Below are positions 1 through 12,864 of a stretch of 64,000 bases of DNA, in pieces. The notes beneath the pieces were generated by a model. That model saw only the letters and a program-made list of their open reading frames with translations, ran no database searches and was not told where the DNA came from. The translations under genes and the position numbers were made by a program. The stretch is from Botryllus schlosseri. Lineage: Eukaryota. The DNA lies in contig CM119378.1 in assembly GCA_051294905.1 (NCBI GenBank), positions 28,334,001 through 28,398,000 of the forward strand, read 5' to 3'. How positions within the stretch are numbered: position 1 is the first letter of the stretch; each line of letters opens with the position of its first letter.

Positions 1-1525
1 CTCCAGCACGTTTATTACTTTATGCGTTTTATTTGAAATAAGCGATCCATGCGCGTGTTTAGTAGATTCCGCATCTATAGGTGCACTGGGCAGTAGGCAC
101 AATATTAACTTATTCATAACTAGCGCCACGACTCGAAGCAATCTAAAATGCGACGAGTTGAATATAAACGCTTTTTGCAGTAAAGAAACGAGCAAGAAGT
201 AACGTAAACTGTAAGACTTGTAATGTAATGCAGTCGTTGCTGATTTCAAATTATGAGCTGCCACATGAAGTAACCGAATTAATTGAATATTTAGGACATC
301 GGCAAATTACGTTCGTCTACACGGAAGAACGTGCAGAATGCATGTTTTAGATAGTAAGACATTAGCTGACGGGTAGGTAAAGGTTGCTTGGTTATGATGC
401 TGGCAGCAGGTAGCATCAGAAAATCTATAAGCAGATTGTCGTGAGTTCCAAGAATCTGTACAATCCACTTCTTCACTAATTTCCGCAAATTGGTTATTGA
501 GGATAAGCAGCTTATAAAACTCGCTAAATTTTTATGACGTTATAACGAATACGTTATCGTGAAATCAATGCTTGATTTGTTCTAAATATATAGGCTAGTT
601 ATTATCTCCATGTCCTCGCCTACGCGTTTTGGCTCATCATCCTAAATAGGCTATAGTGCGTAACGCGAATGGATTCATATGTTGCATTCGACCCTCGAGC
701 CAAAACAAGCCGCAGGCATTTTAGTTGCAATTAAATTACCCTTGTTCTCGACCTACAAAAAATATGCTGGTATTAGATTGAAGACCAATGTGTCAGCCGT
801 TGGGAGTTTATCGCATTGGCGGGCGACGATGACACTACAAATAACAACTGTACGTGTGCACAGGTTCGTGTTACCACATATTGTAGTGTTGCGACATACG
901 CCGGACGCATCAGTCCAAATCCTGAAAGCGAGAAAAGGCGCTCTGATCTTATTCGATGCGGAATTTAACCCCACGGAATCTCAAGTTCGTGTCCACTGGA
1001 CTGACAGCTGTGTCATAGATGTCTGCGGAAAAGAGCTCATTCGATTTATTGGGGTCGTCAATATTCAACGAAAATCGGGCTACATAATTGTGCGCGGGTC
1101 GCATTGCTAAATGCGAATTGGTTACCATCCAGCTACACATACTGCGCTATATCGATAAAGCATCAATGCTAGTTGAATATGCTCGTTTGTACGTCTATAA
1201 TGTTGATGGCACACTCGTCGCTTATTATTGCTCATGATTTACAGAGCCACTTACGTTGATCGTTCGTTGTACGTCTGTAATGGTACTGGTACACTCGTCG
1301 CCTCGCCTTACAATTGAGAGCGCAGGCTCGGAAGCGTACGGTAGCCATCTCTAATTTAATGGTAGCTTTCTTGAGGCCGGAAAATGGACCTGAATCCTTT
1401 TCTGATGTCGATAGGGACCATTATCATGTGGATATCCCGAAAAATATATGGTGATTGTCGCACCAATAACAAATGTGTTTTCAATGCTTGCGCCTTATTA
1501 GACAACCTTTTTTTAAAACCTTCAA

Positions 1526-1795
1526 TACGGACAGAGATTGGTAGCGAGCGCGATAGTTTAATGGTTACGGTTCTGTTCTACAAATCGTAGGGTCCTCGGT
1601 TCGAGTCAGGGAGAGGAGCCGTTTTCATTAGGCCTTAAAGGCTCAGTACGGATAGAATTTCTCAGCGAGCGCGGTAATGTAATGGTTACAGTTCAGATGT
1701 ATAAGACATGAGGTTCTGGGTTCGATTCCAGGAGAAGGCATGTTTTCATATCTGAGTCGGGAGGTCCTCGGTACAATTCTCGGAGAGTAACCTTT
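1526..1795 (+). repeat. Tandem tRNA-derived (SINE-head-like) units: two ~121-bp copies plus a partial third
   Basis: Both copies share TACGGA...AGCGAGCGCG, an A-box-like TAGTTTAATGGTT / TAATGTAATGGTT and a B-box-like GGTTCGAGTC / GGTTCGATTCC. The cloverleaf arms do not pair cleanly, so these are not called functional tRNAs. Confidence 0.55.
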
Positions 1796-2287
1796 CTCAT
1801 AATCCGCCGAAATTCGAGACAGAAAAATTAAAAAAAAAATACACGGGAAAATTTAAATTTGAAAGTGGGCGTGGCTGGACGCGTGGCGCTCGCTCATTGG
1901 TGGCTATAATCGGCCTCATACTACTACTAAGGCCGTCCGGATAAAGGACGATGCCTTCATGCGATTTTGTATATTTACCCTGCCAAAGATCTTTCATGAC
2001 ATCAAACTGGCGTTGGACAACATGGGGTCATGCGAACAAGTTCACTGCCTGAACTGTCGAAATTGGCAGAAAAATGTTCCGTTTGTGCAGGACAGACAGC
2101 AAATAGTATTAGCTTCATCTGCGATAGCATTCAAATCTAATTCAGTTCGACTCCTGACGTGTCCGTAAATGATTTTTGAACTGCTTGTTATTGGGATGTC
2201 AAGTTTTGAAAGAGTTTACTGCATCCCTAAAACTTGAATGGTCTTTATTACGGTTTATTAACACTAGAACGACCGGAAAACCGCACT

Positions 2288-2370
2288 ACCTAGAACTATA
2301 GTATACCTACTATACCTATACTATACTATACCTACTATACCTAGAAATATTCTATACCTACTATGGTATA
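2288..2370. repeat. Degenerate TATAC/CCTAC low-complexity repeat
   Basis: ctatagtatacctactatacctatactatactatacctactatacc read directly. Confidence 0.7.
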
Positions 2371-5300
2371 CCAAGTGAGTTTCTGGCGCATGTTGAATTT
2401 TTTCCGATTAAATTCATTCAAGGGAGCTAAAAACCAGCACAAATATCCATAAACGGCATCAGAAACCAAAGTTTATTGCGCTCACAGATATAGACCCACT
2501 TGCAACATTTTAGACAGACTTTAGTACAACAATTGTAACAAATCGCCGTTTTTTTAGTGTAACATATCAGTGTTGTTTTGGTGCACATTTGCTATATGAG
2601 CACGTTCTCTAAAAATGTGGAGTAGTTTAGAGATCGGCTTTAGCCACATTACCATTCGTCGTTCCTGCTGACATATCACAAAGCTCATCAGCTAAGATTT
2701 GCATGATGTACTCGCGACTAATCCTCGATTTGCATATTTTTATAGTATCGGCCTTTTGACAAGTAGTAGATCAATCACATTCCAAGAAAACATGCATGGA
2801 TCATGACTTGTTGGTGCCCTTGTAGAATACTGCCTTATTACAACCTGGTCAATAATATCCACCTGGTTTTGTTTCGTTATAAAATGTAACCGTCACTGGT
2901 TGCTTGTTTTTATTTTGTTTCTGAAGGGGACAGTTAGCCTACCTCTGGTTAAATTGGACTCAATATATATGTGTACAACTTCGATCTCTACACTGGCATC
3001 TCGCCGTTACTCTTATCGATGAGATTATACTGTTGAATAGTGTATGACTACATGAAGATGCCTTTTTTTCCTTCTGGGCCTGGGTAACTTCAAGCAACTC
3101 TAGACAATACTGTCAACTGGGACTTCTTTTTCTTCACCAAGCGTGTACTGCACAGCCATTCGCGTAACATTGTTTCAAGATGGATTACATCAGACTATAT
3201 ACATTACTGTGCTTGGTAAATGTAGGGATATCTAGTTCTAGAACTAGATATCCCTGGGCAAATGCATATCAGACATGGGGTGATTACTTCATGAATGTAA
3301 TCGATTGCGATTACGATTACTTCAGAATCACGCGATTACGATTACGATTACAGCAAAATCAGGAAGTAGTCGATTACGATTACGATTACATTGGAAAAGT
3401 AATCACGATTACTCACGATTACATTTGTTTTGCTTCTTAGGACTATAATCTTAAATGATATACTGGAAGACAATACAAGGATTGCGATGAAAAGGCTTAA
3501 TGAGATATCAACTCTCTTCATACATCATGCGTCATTTGCTTATTACGTCATAATATACCAATGCCCAACATTATAGGGGATGATTTATCGCACCCAACGA
3601 TTTGCATTATTGCCAGGTCTTTACCTGCCGCACCCCAAATTCCTTAATAGGGTAGGGATCGTGCTCGAAGGGAATTCAAAACTATTTCGTAAACCAACAT
3701 AAATTATAGAGTATTTTCGAGAATTTAATTATTTCTTGAAAATGTTCTTCGAGCTTCGCGATTCAAATGTCTCTAGTAAAGAGGTCACCAACGCGGACCA
3801 AATGAGTCGCCCGCGGTCGCTGTAGCAAAATCAAATCCAACATCCAAATGAGAGATTTGAAAGTTGAAGCTGGTTTCATATGAGCCGCAGTTGAACATGG
3901 GTCGGCCGACCGCAAGGAACATACGAACGCTATCGCTCGGGGCATTGCTCGTCTTCGCCTACGCGGCGGCTCAACGGGAAACTATAGCTAATATTCCCGA
4001 GTCTCGACGCGGAGATCGGCGCTTCAGCGCGCACTGCAGCAACGCAACTGAGCCTGGAGGAGCTGGTGTGAGTCCCGGCGAGTGAGCGTTTTTTGTTCTT
4101 GGTAAGGGGCGGATACCCGGCCCACTTCTCTGATTGTCTTACTCTAAGTGAAGAAATCCAACTGAGCACTGATAAACGGTGGGAGTAAGTGGTAACCCAT
4201 CGGTCGTCGCAATATTCAGTACACACTATACACAAGAAGTAGCTTTTTGTTTCAAAACGGTTGGTGACCCGTGCTCCAGTAGATAGCTTGGTTTGAAATG
4301 CATACCTCTTCCCCTCAAGAAAAAACATGCGTAGGCTATTTTATTGAAACAGGCATTTCGGAGCCGGTCATTACCGCGCCACGATCCCACAACACACCAA
4401 AAGAGATATGCAGTTTCGGCCAACACGCAACTCCACGGGATGTGATACCAAAGAAATACCTTGGCCGAAACTTAGGGTATTCGTCCATTGTCAATAGCCA
4501 TGCTGGGTGGGCGTGACTAATAACTCATGTCCTTCCAATCTTGGCCCACAATGCAAATGCCACCCGGCGCATCCACAAAGGAGTAAAGCCATGACAATTT
4601 GTGTGTGCGTCTCACGAAAGATATTCTTTTAGTCTGCTACGTTTGGGCGAGTACAATATCTTTTGATTATACAACAGACTGGAGGTCGCGAATTAACAAC
4701 ATATAATGAAGTAATTATAACAGCATACTAGATGCTATAATTATGAATTACGTGCCCCAGCTCTACAGGTAAATCTGACACTCGGGGCAGAGAGAGGTTA
4801 TAAATGAATAGTAATATGATGCAATTACGAAGTGCTGTTTTGGTTCTGATTCTAGCTACAACCCACGCTAACATGTCAGGGTATATAAGCGGATGGTTAT
4901 ATGGCGACAGGTCCAAATGCTGAGTAACGAACTGTGAAATAACGATTGACGCCCGTTTCAAGTAGTTATATGAGAATAATATATAGTGAACATAAAAATT
5001 CTGCCTTCAACTTAATACATAGGCTATACTGCGAGCTGCTGTTACGTGAAACGGCTAAGCACGGCTCGGTTATGATATATATCAGCAGCTGTTTATTTGT
5101 AATGCTTCGTTGTGGAAACTGCAATGTTTTATTCGACGAGTACAAAATTCCGAATCTTCGTCAGGTGCACGTTCGTACGTAGGCCTCCTGCTCGCCAAGC
5201 AGCAACGTTAAATTGCGTTTAGCTAAGCACAACCAAACATCAATACATAAGTTACTATTTGAAACTATAGGCGGAGTGGTGATCAATATCCTGCTGCGAG

Positions 5301-5776
5301 GTAGGGGCTACTGTAGTGTATTGATAACCTGATATACACCACGGGGGTGTTCTTAAAATCACACTACAATGTTCATCGCATGTCTGTTTACTATGTGTGG
5401 ATACTTCTATGCAATGACGAGCGGAGCTAATACTTCTGACGTAATAATGAGTAGCGGCGTTTGAAAACAGACGTTTGTGCTATCGCTAACGTGGTATATT
5501 ATCTCATTCTTGTTCACGAATATTCAGTTTATGTCATAGTCCTTGTACAAACAAAAAGTAATCGTTCTTCCACAAAAAATCGATTAGATACGGGAAGTAG
5601 TCGATTACGATTAGGGGAGATGTGGTACCGATGGATCAAAAATCGGAAAATGATCGCTGACCCTAAAATGTTCAGCCGAAAATAGCAGATCTTTTGCTGG
5701 CTCAGCACTTTGATACAAGTTCTACCTATCGCGCACATATACATGAATATCCGTCTTCTCAAAAAATATTAATGGA

Positions 5777-6113
5777 TGTAACCGCTCGACTCCGGAGCCA
5801 TAATGACTCCGGACTATCTGGTGGCAAGACCAGTCATGCGTAAGGTAGCATGCGGTATCGAAAAGAGGAAGGGATTGGATTTAGTCTTTGGATAAGTAGT
5901 TTGGTTGGATATGGAGTTGGTCTTGGAGTATCTTCGTGTGGAGTTGTTACTGTGTTAAGTCTTGGATTGGATTGGAAGTATTGATGCGTTTATTGTGCCT
6001 GCCTTCGTTGTAATATATCCGTCGAATCTGCTATGTGTCTCTGGGTCCAGTCGAACCTGAAGTAACTTGGCCGCATTCAGTTAGATAGCGAAGACTACGA
6101 CCGAACGGCTACA
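5777..6113 (+). repeat. 5' LTR
   Basis: TG...CA ends; direct repeat of 7307-7643. Confidence 0.92.
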
Positions 6114-6114
6114 A

Positions 6115-6828
6115 ATGGCGAGCACGCAGCCTGATGCTGGATCCGGTAGAGAGATGCCGCTTGCTGTAGGAGACGGATGCGGTGGACTTGAAGCAAGGCA
6201 GTTATTAAAGAGGAAAGAAGAAGTTGCACTTGCACGTTTTTTTAAGAAGTTAGCAAAAGGAATGCTTGGGAAGGAAGCACGGCAAATTGTGAAGTTATTG
6301 GACACTCGTGCTGTTGGGAAAATGGATAATGTGACTCGTGGTGGCTTGGAACAGGTGTCGGTATGCTCGTCTGTTGGAAACTCTGTTGTTGATGTGACCT
6401 TACAAGAGGAGGAAATTTTAAAATCGCATGTAGAGGAAATCGTTGATGATGTGTTGGCATATGAGAGTGAAATGGATTCAGTGTCTGAAGATACTGTTAC
6501 TGCTCCTGTTGATGATATTGGATCTGAGATGGTAGTCATGGTACCATTGAAGTCGTGTGACGAGATAGATGATAATGGTCATGGAGAAAAAAGAAGTGTG
6601 ATGGATGGCTGTTTGACGGAAGGACATTTATCAGAGGATTGTGGAAGTGAAAGTGCTACAGTGGCTTCGTCAATTGGGAACAAGGGCTTGGTTGGTCAAG
6701 AAGTAAATGTATTGGATATATTTGGTACTTTGAAGTTGTTGGTGGACTGTAAGCTGACCGTTGAACGTTTCAATGTGAATATAAAGGAGCCCTCACACCG
6801 TAAAGCGTTTACTTTGAGAGATATTTGA
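6115..6828 (+). CDS. 237-aa acidic orphan ORF inside the LTR element
   Basis: Uninterrupted ORF whose ATG overlaps the PBS (aATGGCGAGC) and fills 60% of the internal region. No gag, protease, RT or integrase motif recognised. Confidence 0.5.
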   Translation: MASTQPDAGSGREMPLAVGDGCGGLEARQLLKRKEEVALARFFKKLAKGMLGKEARQIVKLLDTRAVGKMDNVTRGGLEQVSVCSSVGNSVVDVTLQEEEILKSHVEEIVDDVLAYESEMDSVSEDTVTAPVDDIGSEMVVMVPLKSCDEIDDNGHGEKRSVMDGCLTEGHLSEDCGSESATVASSIGNKGLVGQEVNVLDIFGTLKLLVDCKLTVERFNVNIKEPSHRKAFTLRDI

Positions 6829-7306
6829 TTTGAGATGGTGGGTCATTGGGATTTGACACTGGACTTGGACTACGCCCCTGATGTTGAGATGTTAAAACTG
6901 TGATCTTGATTTGATAATGAACTGCTATTGTTGATGGGTATTGACACCTCGTGTTTTTGTTTCTGTTATTGGCTTGGTTTTAGCGCATGGTGTTATGTTG
7001 GTGGAAACTGTCTGTGGCAAATGGTTGCTTTTACGTTGTTGGTGGATTGTGTCTCGTTGTTTTGTATTTTTGACAGTTGAGTGAACTTTTGAAGATGTTG
7101 TCGTGGCTGTCTTTACGTTGTTGGTGGATGTTGTGAGATTTTGTATTAGTGACGATTGTAGGACGTTGTAACTGGGTTTGCACGATCATATACCTTCTTT
7201 GTACATATTCATCCAATTTTTATACTCATTTTTTTAAATTTGTGCTCCCTCATGTCGCTTGTGAGTGATCTTTACTACTAGATCACTCAACTTGGGAACG
7301 GGGATG

Positions 7307-7643
7307 TGTAACCGCTCGACTCCGGAGCCATAATGACTCCGGACTATCTGGTGGCAAGACCAGTCATGCGTAAGGTAGCATGCGGTATCGAAAAGAGGAA
7401 GGGATTGGATTTAGTCTTTGGATAAGTAGTTTGGTTGGATATGGAGTTGGTCTTGGAGTATCTTCGTGTGGAGTTGTTACTGTGTTAAGTCTTGGATTGG
7501 ATTGGAAGTATTGATGCGTTTATTGTGCCTGCCTTCGTTGTAATATATCCGTCGAATCTGCTATGTGTCTCTGGGTCCAGTCGAACCTGAAGTAACTTGG
7601 CCGCATTCAGTTAGATAGCGAAGACTACGACCGAACGGCTACA
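7307..7643 (+). repeat. 3' LTR
   Basis: Direct repeat of 5777-6113, followed by TSD TGGA. Confidence 0.92.
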
Positions 7644-10412
7644 TGGACGTTCAAAATTTGTTGCTCGAACGTGTCATCGGTCCCCACCCGGTGGGTCCAA
7701 TGACACACGACCCGGGGACCTACAACACATATACCCTAAAAAACTCAAACGTGACTACTTTTCTTTCTCAGTATTATAATCTAAGCTACAGCAAGCCAAA
7801 GAAGAATATGTTTGGTCGCAAATGTCAAAAAATAGAATAAATATTAACTCAAATGTTGTCATAAAATCACGTTTCGATTTGGGCCCGGACTTATAAATTT
7901 GAGGGTGCATACATATTGCCTGAAAATTGAGAGTGTGACTTCCAAATACCTCGTTATAGCGATAAAACATCATATGCAATTATTACATAAAGATTTTCTA
8001 TACGTAGGTATGTTTCATTTATTTCGTGATTAGTATGCTTGATTAATTTGCTTGATTTGGCTATTGTATCATCGGTCCAAACCCTACGAATTTTATACAT
8101 AAATCGAAAAAAAGTCCACTCAAGGAAGGTACTGGAAAAAATAATAGGTGCCATTATATAGCCTAATACAAGCCCTACACTTCACAATAAAAATGATTGC
8201 TGGTTTGTTCGTGTTGAAGGTTACAAAGAAAAATGTATATGTCGATCTAAATTTAGTTTACACCCCCTAAAACAAAAATCATCTGTGAGAGACCCCATTG
8301 CTCGCGCACGTCGAATTTTTTTGTATGTAAGGAAAGATTTTGCCAGCATGCAATTGTAGACAAGTTCACGGAGTGCAATCATGGAATCATCATAGAGAAT
8401 TTTCAAAGTATTTTCGGTCCCAGTGATCCATCGGTACCACATCTCCCCTACTTCGGATTTTTTTTTCGAATGTAATCGATTGCGATTACTTCAAAATGCT
8501 GTAATCGTCGTAATCGATTACGATTACTAATCGCGATTACCCCATGTCTGGTGTATATATTATAGAAGAGGTGTCCTGTCTTATCCTGGCCTAAATATGA
8601 GACGATCTTTTACAACTACTCTACTTGGTAGCAGCAGCATCCACCATCTGACATTTTATCCCAACTCTTTTCTGGCATTTTGACCATGTAATAATGAAAA
8701 CCAAATTATCTTTATCGAGTCTACAACTTTTACTCTTCATGTCAATAGAAAGTTCATGAATTCCATAACCGAGACGGTCTCACCGCCACAGCCAACAACA
8801 TTGTCAGTTCGACATTTATTCCGATAACTGCACGCTAATATAACAACTACTAGATAAAGCTGCGAAATAACGATTATAGAACATAATTGGTCACAGCATT
8901 CAACCCCACACAAGACATACTGAATATAACTGAGCAAGCTGTCTATTGTGTAGATAGGCAAGGAGATTTCAACTTTTATATCGGATGGTTGACTAGCAGG
9001 GCACATTGTCTGCGCTGCTACTCTACTTTAGGAACTATCCAATTTCTAAGATATGCCAGGACAACTTGAAGTAGTATATAATGAATTGGTTACAAAACTC
9101 AAGTATGTCATGTAGTGTAAAAAGTAGATTTGCTCCTATTTTTAGGAGTGATTCGAGGTAGCTATTTCTGAAATTGCGAGATGAATCTTCGCGACCAACG
9201 CATAATCACTGCCGTCATTACACATACATTTTACTACGACCATTCAGTGGCTATTTCAACACGTTAATATTATAATTTCACTCACAAACCTGATACAAAA
9301 AAATCCCAAAACTACTTAATTCGTCACTCTAGTGAAAGTGAAGAAGTTCATTGCTTTGTCACAAATTACGGTAAAGTGAAATCGGAAGTCTTCTGAAAAC
9401 GAGCCAATTGAGCAGTCAGTGAAAGTAAGCAAAACTCAGCGAGTACACTGAACGAGTACAAATACTTCGACCATTTCTTCTCAAGTACAAACAGAACAAG
9501 TACGAATTGATCGGAGTGAGGATGTGACGTCCCAAGTTTCGAGTATTTGCCAATAGCCAGAAATCAATTTGTGTCGGTGATTGACGCCGAGCTACCAGTA
9601 AAATGAAGTTACATATGTAGTGGCAAATGGGAAATGGGTCTCACCATGCACTGCCGCTACGCTTACACAAGAACTTATTCTGAAAATCTGATTAATAAAT
9701 ATTTCTAACCAGGTTTATTTGAAAATTTGATGACAGTAACAATTCGCTGCTCTATCACATTAAAATATATTTCGCATTACATAGCAGAACGGTAGAATGG
9801 AAAAATCAACTCAAAATTTCCGCTGCAGATAATTAAAAAGGAAAGAATAGGGTTCCATATTTACACAAATTGACCGAAATGAAATGTTATTATTGTAACT
9901 TGGCAGGGAGGCGAGATAATATATTTCAATATAGAAAAATTGCATTGCAGACAATGCTTTTTATGATTCATTCCTTTTCTAGTTCCAATCAATATTTTCT
10001 TTTTCAACTCATGCTCTTGCATACGGATTTGGAATTCGGGCTTTCTCAAGAATCCTTCTTCATCCTAAATCTGGGCCTGCATCAGCTGAGCTCCTATGTC
10101 ATCGCAGCTCCTTTCACATGGTTTGGATTTTCTGTCTGAATTGAAAGAAGTGCATATTAATACTTTGAGTTAGCTAGCTACCTGCCATTCACTAAAACTG
10201 GTATTCTGCAACCAGCTGATCACAAAGTGCAGAATTGGTAGTAACCGATATTCAACTCCTTCGCCGATAACCTCTAAATATTCAGCCGCTATTCAAAAGA
10301 TGTGGAATCGACATTAAAATGCGCATTTAAAAAGCTTCAGACCATTTATTTCAACAGCTTAACAGCGATTGCTATACATGGACAGGAAATAAACTAGAAA
10401 GCATGCGTCCGG

Positions 10413-10580
10413 CAGTGTTGGGATGACTCGAGTCACCTTTTCCGCATGATTTGATTTGATTTGACTTGACTCGAGTCACTTTGCTAAAATGACTTGACTT
10501 CACTCGACTCGGCGTATCAGAAATGTGGATGGACTCGTGACTCGGAGCAAAATTCACGAGTCAATTTCAAGTCATCGAGT
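10413..10580 (+). mobile_element. End of a CAGTGTTGGG-type element with GAGTC/GACTT subterminal repeats
   Basis: Starts CAGTGTTGGGATGACTCGAGTC; colinear with the reverse complement of 22596-23310. Confidence 0.75.
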
Positions 10581-11119
10581 AATCGGTGTCGATAAAAATC
10601 ACTGTATCTTTCATGTTCGGATTGTTCGCGAAACCGGTGAGAGCCAGTTACCAATCATTCAGCCAATTGCGCGTTTTACTGAGCCTCCGTTGTTCTCTCA
10701 CAAACAAATTGATCGAAAACGAAGTGATCGAAGCTTACAGCTTCCGTTGTTGCAAACTAGTATAGTAAAGTGATTTAATAGCAAAATGTCTATTTCTGTT
10801 CTCTGTTCTTACCTTCACCAAACCTCTTGTTTTATTAAAATTGAATTCGAATATAGTTTGTAGCTAACAATACGTTTATATTGCCAAATTTATTCCACTG
10901 GAAGCTTTTCGACTGGCTATCTTCAGCAGTGAACGCCAGTAAATGAGGTTAACCAAGTTCGAAATATAGAAAGAATTTTGTCGTTGTGACGTGACAATGA
11001 CAAGTACACAGAGTCGCGAACGGCAGTAAACAACGCATGGTCACGGTACAGCACACAGAAAATCAGCTATAAAACAGCTGAATAGCAAAACAACACTAAT
11101 GGAAGATTCCCAGCGTCCT

Positions 11120-11293
11120 TCTGGCGACAGAGGATCGGCTTTTGCAGCTTTATAATGGTTGATTCAAGGACCTTAAAATGAAAAAGAGAACGACCACGAG
11201 CAACTATGGAAAATTGATTGTTATTGTAATGTTTTGCACACTCTGGGTGTTTCAATAGGTGCTGTCCGATGGCAGAATTACATGCTGTTACTT
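11120..11293 (-). pseudogene. Penelope-like element GIY-YIG endonuclease remnant, C-terminal part
   Basis: ACNSAIGQHLLKHPECAKHY...FSIVARGRSLFHFKVLESTIIKLQKPILCRQKD, resembling the C-terminal half of PLE GIY-YIG domains. Confidence 0.7.
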
Positions 11294-12864
11294 CAAGGGT
11301 CGGCAACCTACGGCCCGCGGGCCGGATCCGGCCCGCCAAGCGAAATCGTCCGGCCCGCGACATAATATTAGTTATCACAAGAATACGGCCCGCCGCTTCA
11401 TAATGAGTTTCAATCTGCAGTGCATGAAAAAAGATGCGGCATTGCTACGATATAATAGTAGCCTATACATCGTATTAGTCTATTGTTACGCCATAAAACG
11501 AAGGTGGTTGAAGTAGGAGATGGAATGGAGATAGACTAGACTGGATCAGTGCTAATCAATCGGGTGTATCTCGCAACCGAAGGTGTTCCATGCTTTTTTA
11601 AAGGTTAATCACTCTAACGGGCTGTGAAAATAGACGTGTTCTTCCTTTGCTTCAAAAAACGCTTGGAGCATCTCAGACGCAATGACGGAATTTCAAACTA
11701 TTCAATTATAGATAACTAGCCTCCGTATGTTAGTTAGCCTGTCTATAGTTTGATTTTCCAGAAGGCATTGTGTGCCCAGACAAAAAACCCGAATAGTGTT
11801 TTAGCCACAATGGTGAAAACTGTTAATATGATTTTTGTCTCATCAACTGAATCAGTTACGCCAGATATTACTAGAAGCAGAGAATCAATATGGCGATGTC
11901 ATGTAGGCCTATACCTGTCGTGTTCGCTCATTGAGTAGAGCAGCTATACTTACACGAGTGTATGAACTGAGAAATGAAATAGCAACTTTCCTCGAAAATA
12001 CAAGTATCGCCGACTCATAATCTTGTAATCGAAAATGGGTATCTCTCAACGTCACATCTGAACAAATTGAACTTGCAACTTCAGGGGGAAAACAACTACA
12101 TACATGAGATGTTGAGGTGCATTCAAAACAAATCTGTGACTCTGGAAATGTCAACAGTAGAGAGAAAATTACGCTCACTTTCCTATACTGGAGGAGTGAA
12201 AACCTAGTACCAACACTACATTTGTAACTGTGATACGAAATTTAACTACTGAATATTCACCCTCTTTTCCGACATTCCTTCTCTACAAAATGAATTCTGA
12301 CTTTTCAGTACTCTGTTTAATGTGGATGCCAATACCATTGCCTGAAAATTTGAAATGGGCCTTTTTGAAATGCGATGCAGTTGAATTGAATGTCAAATTT
12401 TATACAAAGAGCATATCGCTGCATGACTTTGACAAAGAGTACGTTCTTGAAATTGGTCTTTATCCCAGCTTGACCAGCAAATAGCAATGCAAAAGAAATT
12501 GCATCGATTTTTGGAAGCACGTACGCATGTGAACAAATAGTTTTGAACAATGAAATTCACGAAGAGCAAGCTAAGATCACGTATTTCGGACGTCCATTTT
12601 GAATAGGGTCTGATTCTTTTTTCATCTGACTTGTTACCAGAAGTTGAAAACCTTTCACAAAGCAAGCTGCGTCAATTGTCACAATTATTCTGTGTCGTTG
12701 AAGTGTAAATACATGTGACTTCGGATTGGTATGATTGAGATTGCAACAATGTAGGTTAATATACCGAAGTGAGCGTAAAATATAGTACTAAGAAACAATC
12801 CGGCCCGCCAAAGATTGTACACCCGAAATTTGGCCCGCGACTAGCAAAAGGTTGCCGACCCCTG
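11294..12864 (+). mobile_element. hAT (Buster/Charlie/SPIN-like) deletion derivative with transposase remnants
   Basis: TIRs CAAGGGTCGGCAACCT / AGGTTGCCGACCCCTG, perfect 8-bp TSD TGTTACTT, and GGCCCGC subterminal motifs. Broken transposase pieces: FQKALCAQ, MVKTVNMIF, and FGSTYACEQ then MKFTKSKLRSRISDVHFE after a frameshift. Confidence 0.92.

Larger units (their letters stand above)
5777..7643 (+). mobile_element. Small non-autonomous LTR retrotransposon (TRIM-like), 1,867 bp
   Basis: Two 337-bp LTRs (TGTAAC...CTACA) with no difference seen by eye, 4-bp TSD TGGA, PBS-like TGGCGAGC just after the 5' LTR, and purine tract GGGAACGGGGATG just before the 3' LTR. No pol motifs. Confidence 0.92.
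5614..8448. mobile_element. TA-flanked non-autonomous DNA transposon (Tc1/mariner/pogo-type TSD)
   Basis: Perfect 25-bp TIR GGGGAGATGTGGTACCGATGGATCA (5614-5638 / 8424-8448), with TA on both sides (5612-13, 8449-50). Removing it restores GATTACGATTACTTCGG of the host element. Confidence 0.85.
3270..8550. mobile_element. hAT-like non-autonomous element with GATTAC subterminal repeats, carrying nested insertions
   Basis: Left end CAGACATGGGGTGAT; right-end reverse complement CAGACATGGGGTAAT. Many GATTAC/GTAATC units lie near both ends. Flanks ATGCATAT / GTGTATAT match 6/8 as a decayed 8-bp TSD. The two ends could instead belong to separate copies. Confidence 0.55.

Noticed and set aside
679-1110. 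143-aa ORF as a gene
   Set aside because: No ATG-supported start context, no recognisable motif and no splice support.
2620-3170. Minus-strand coding-like stretches (e.g. QILADELCDMSAG, MAVQYTLGEEKEVPV), and a similar one at about 9900-10130
   Set aside because: Interrupted by stops and frameshifts and not assignable to any family; too weak to call.
7671-7706. Hairpin GTGTCATCGG...CCAATGACAC as a Helitron terminus
   Set aside because: No CTRR end or A/T insertion context; it lies inside the TA-flanked TIR element.
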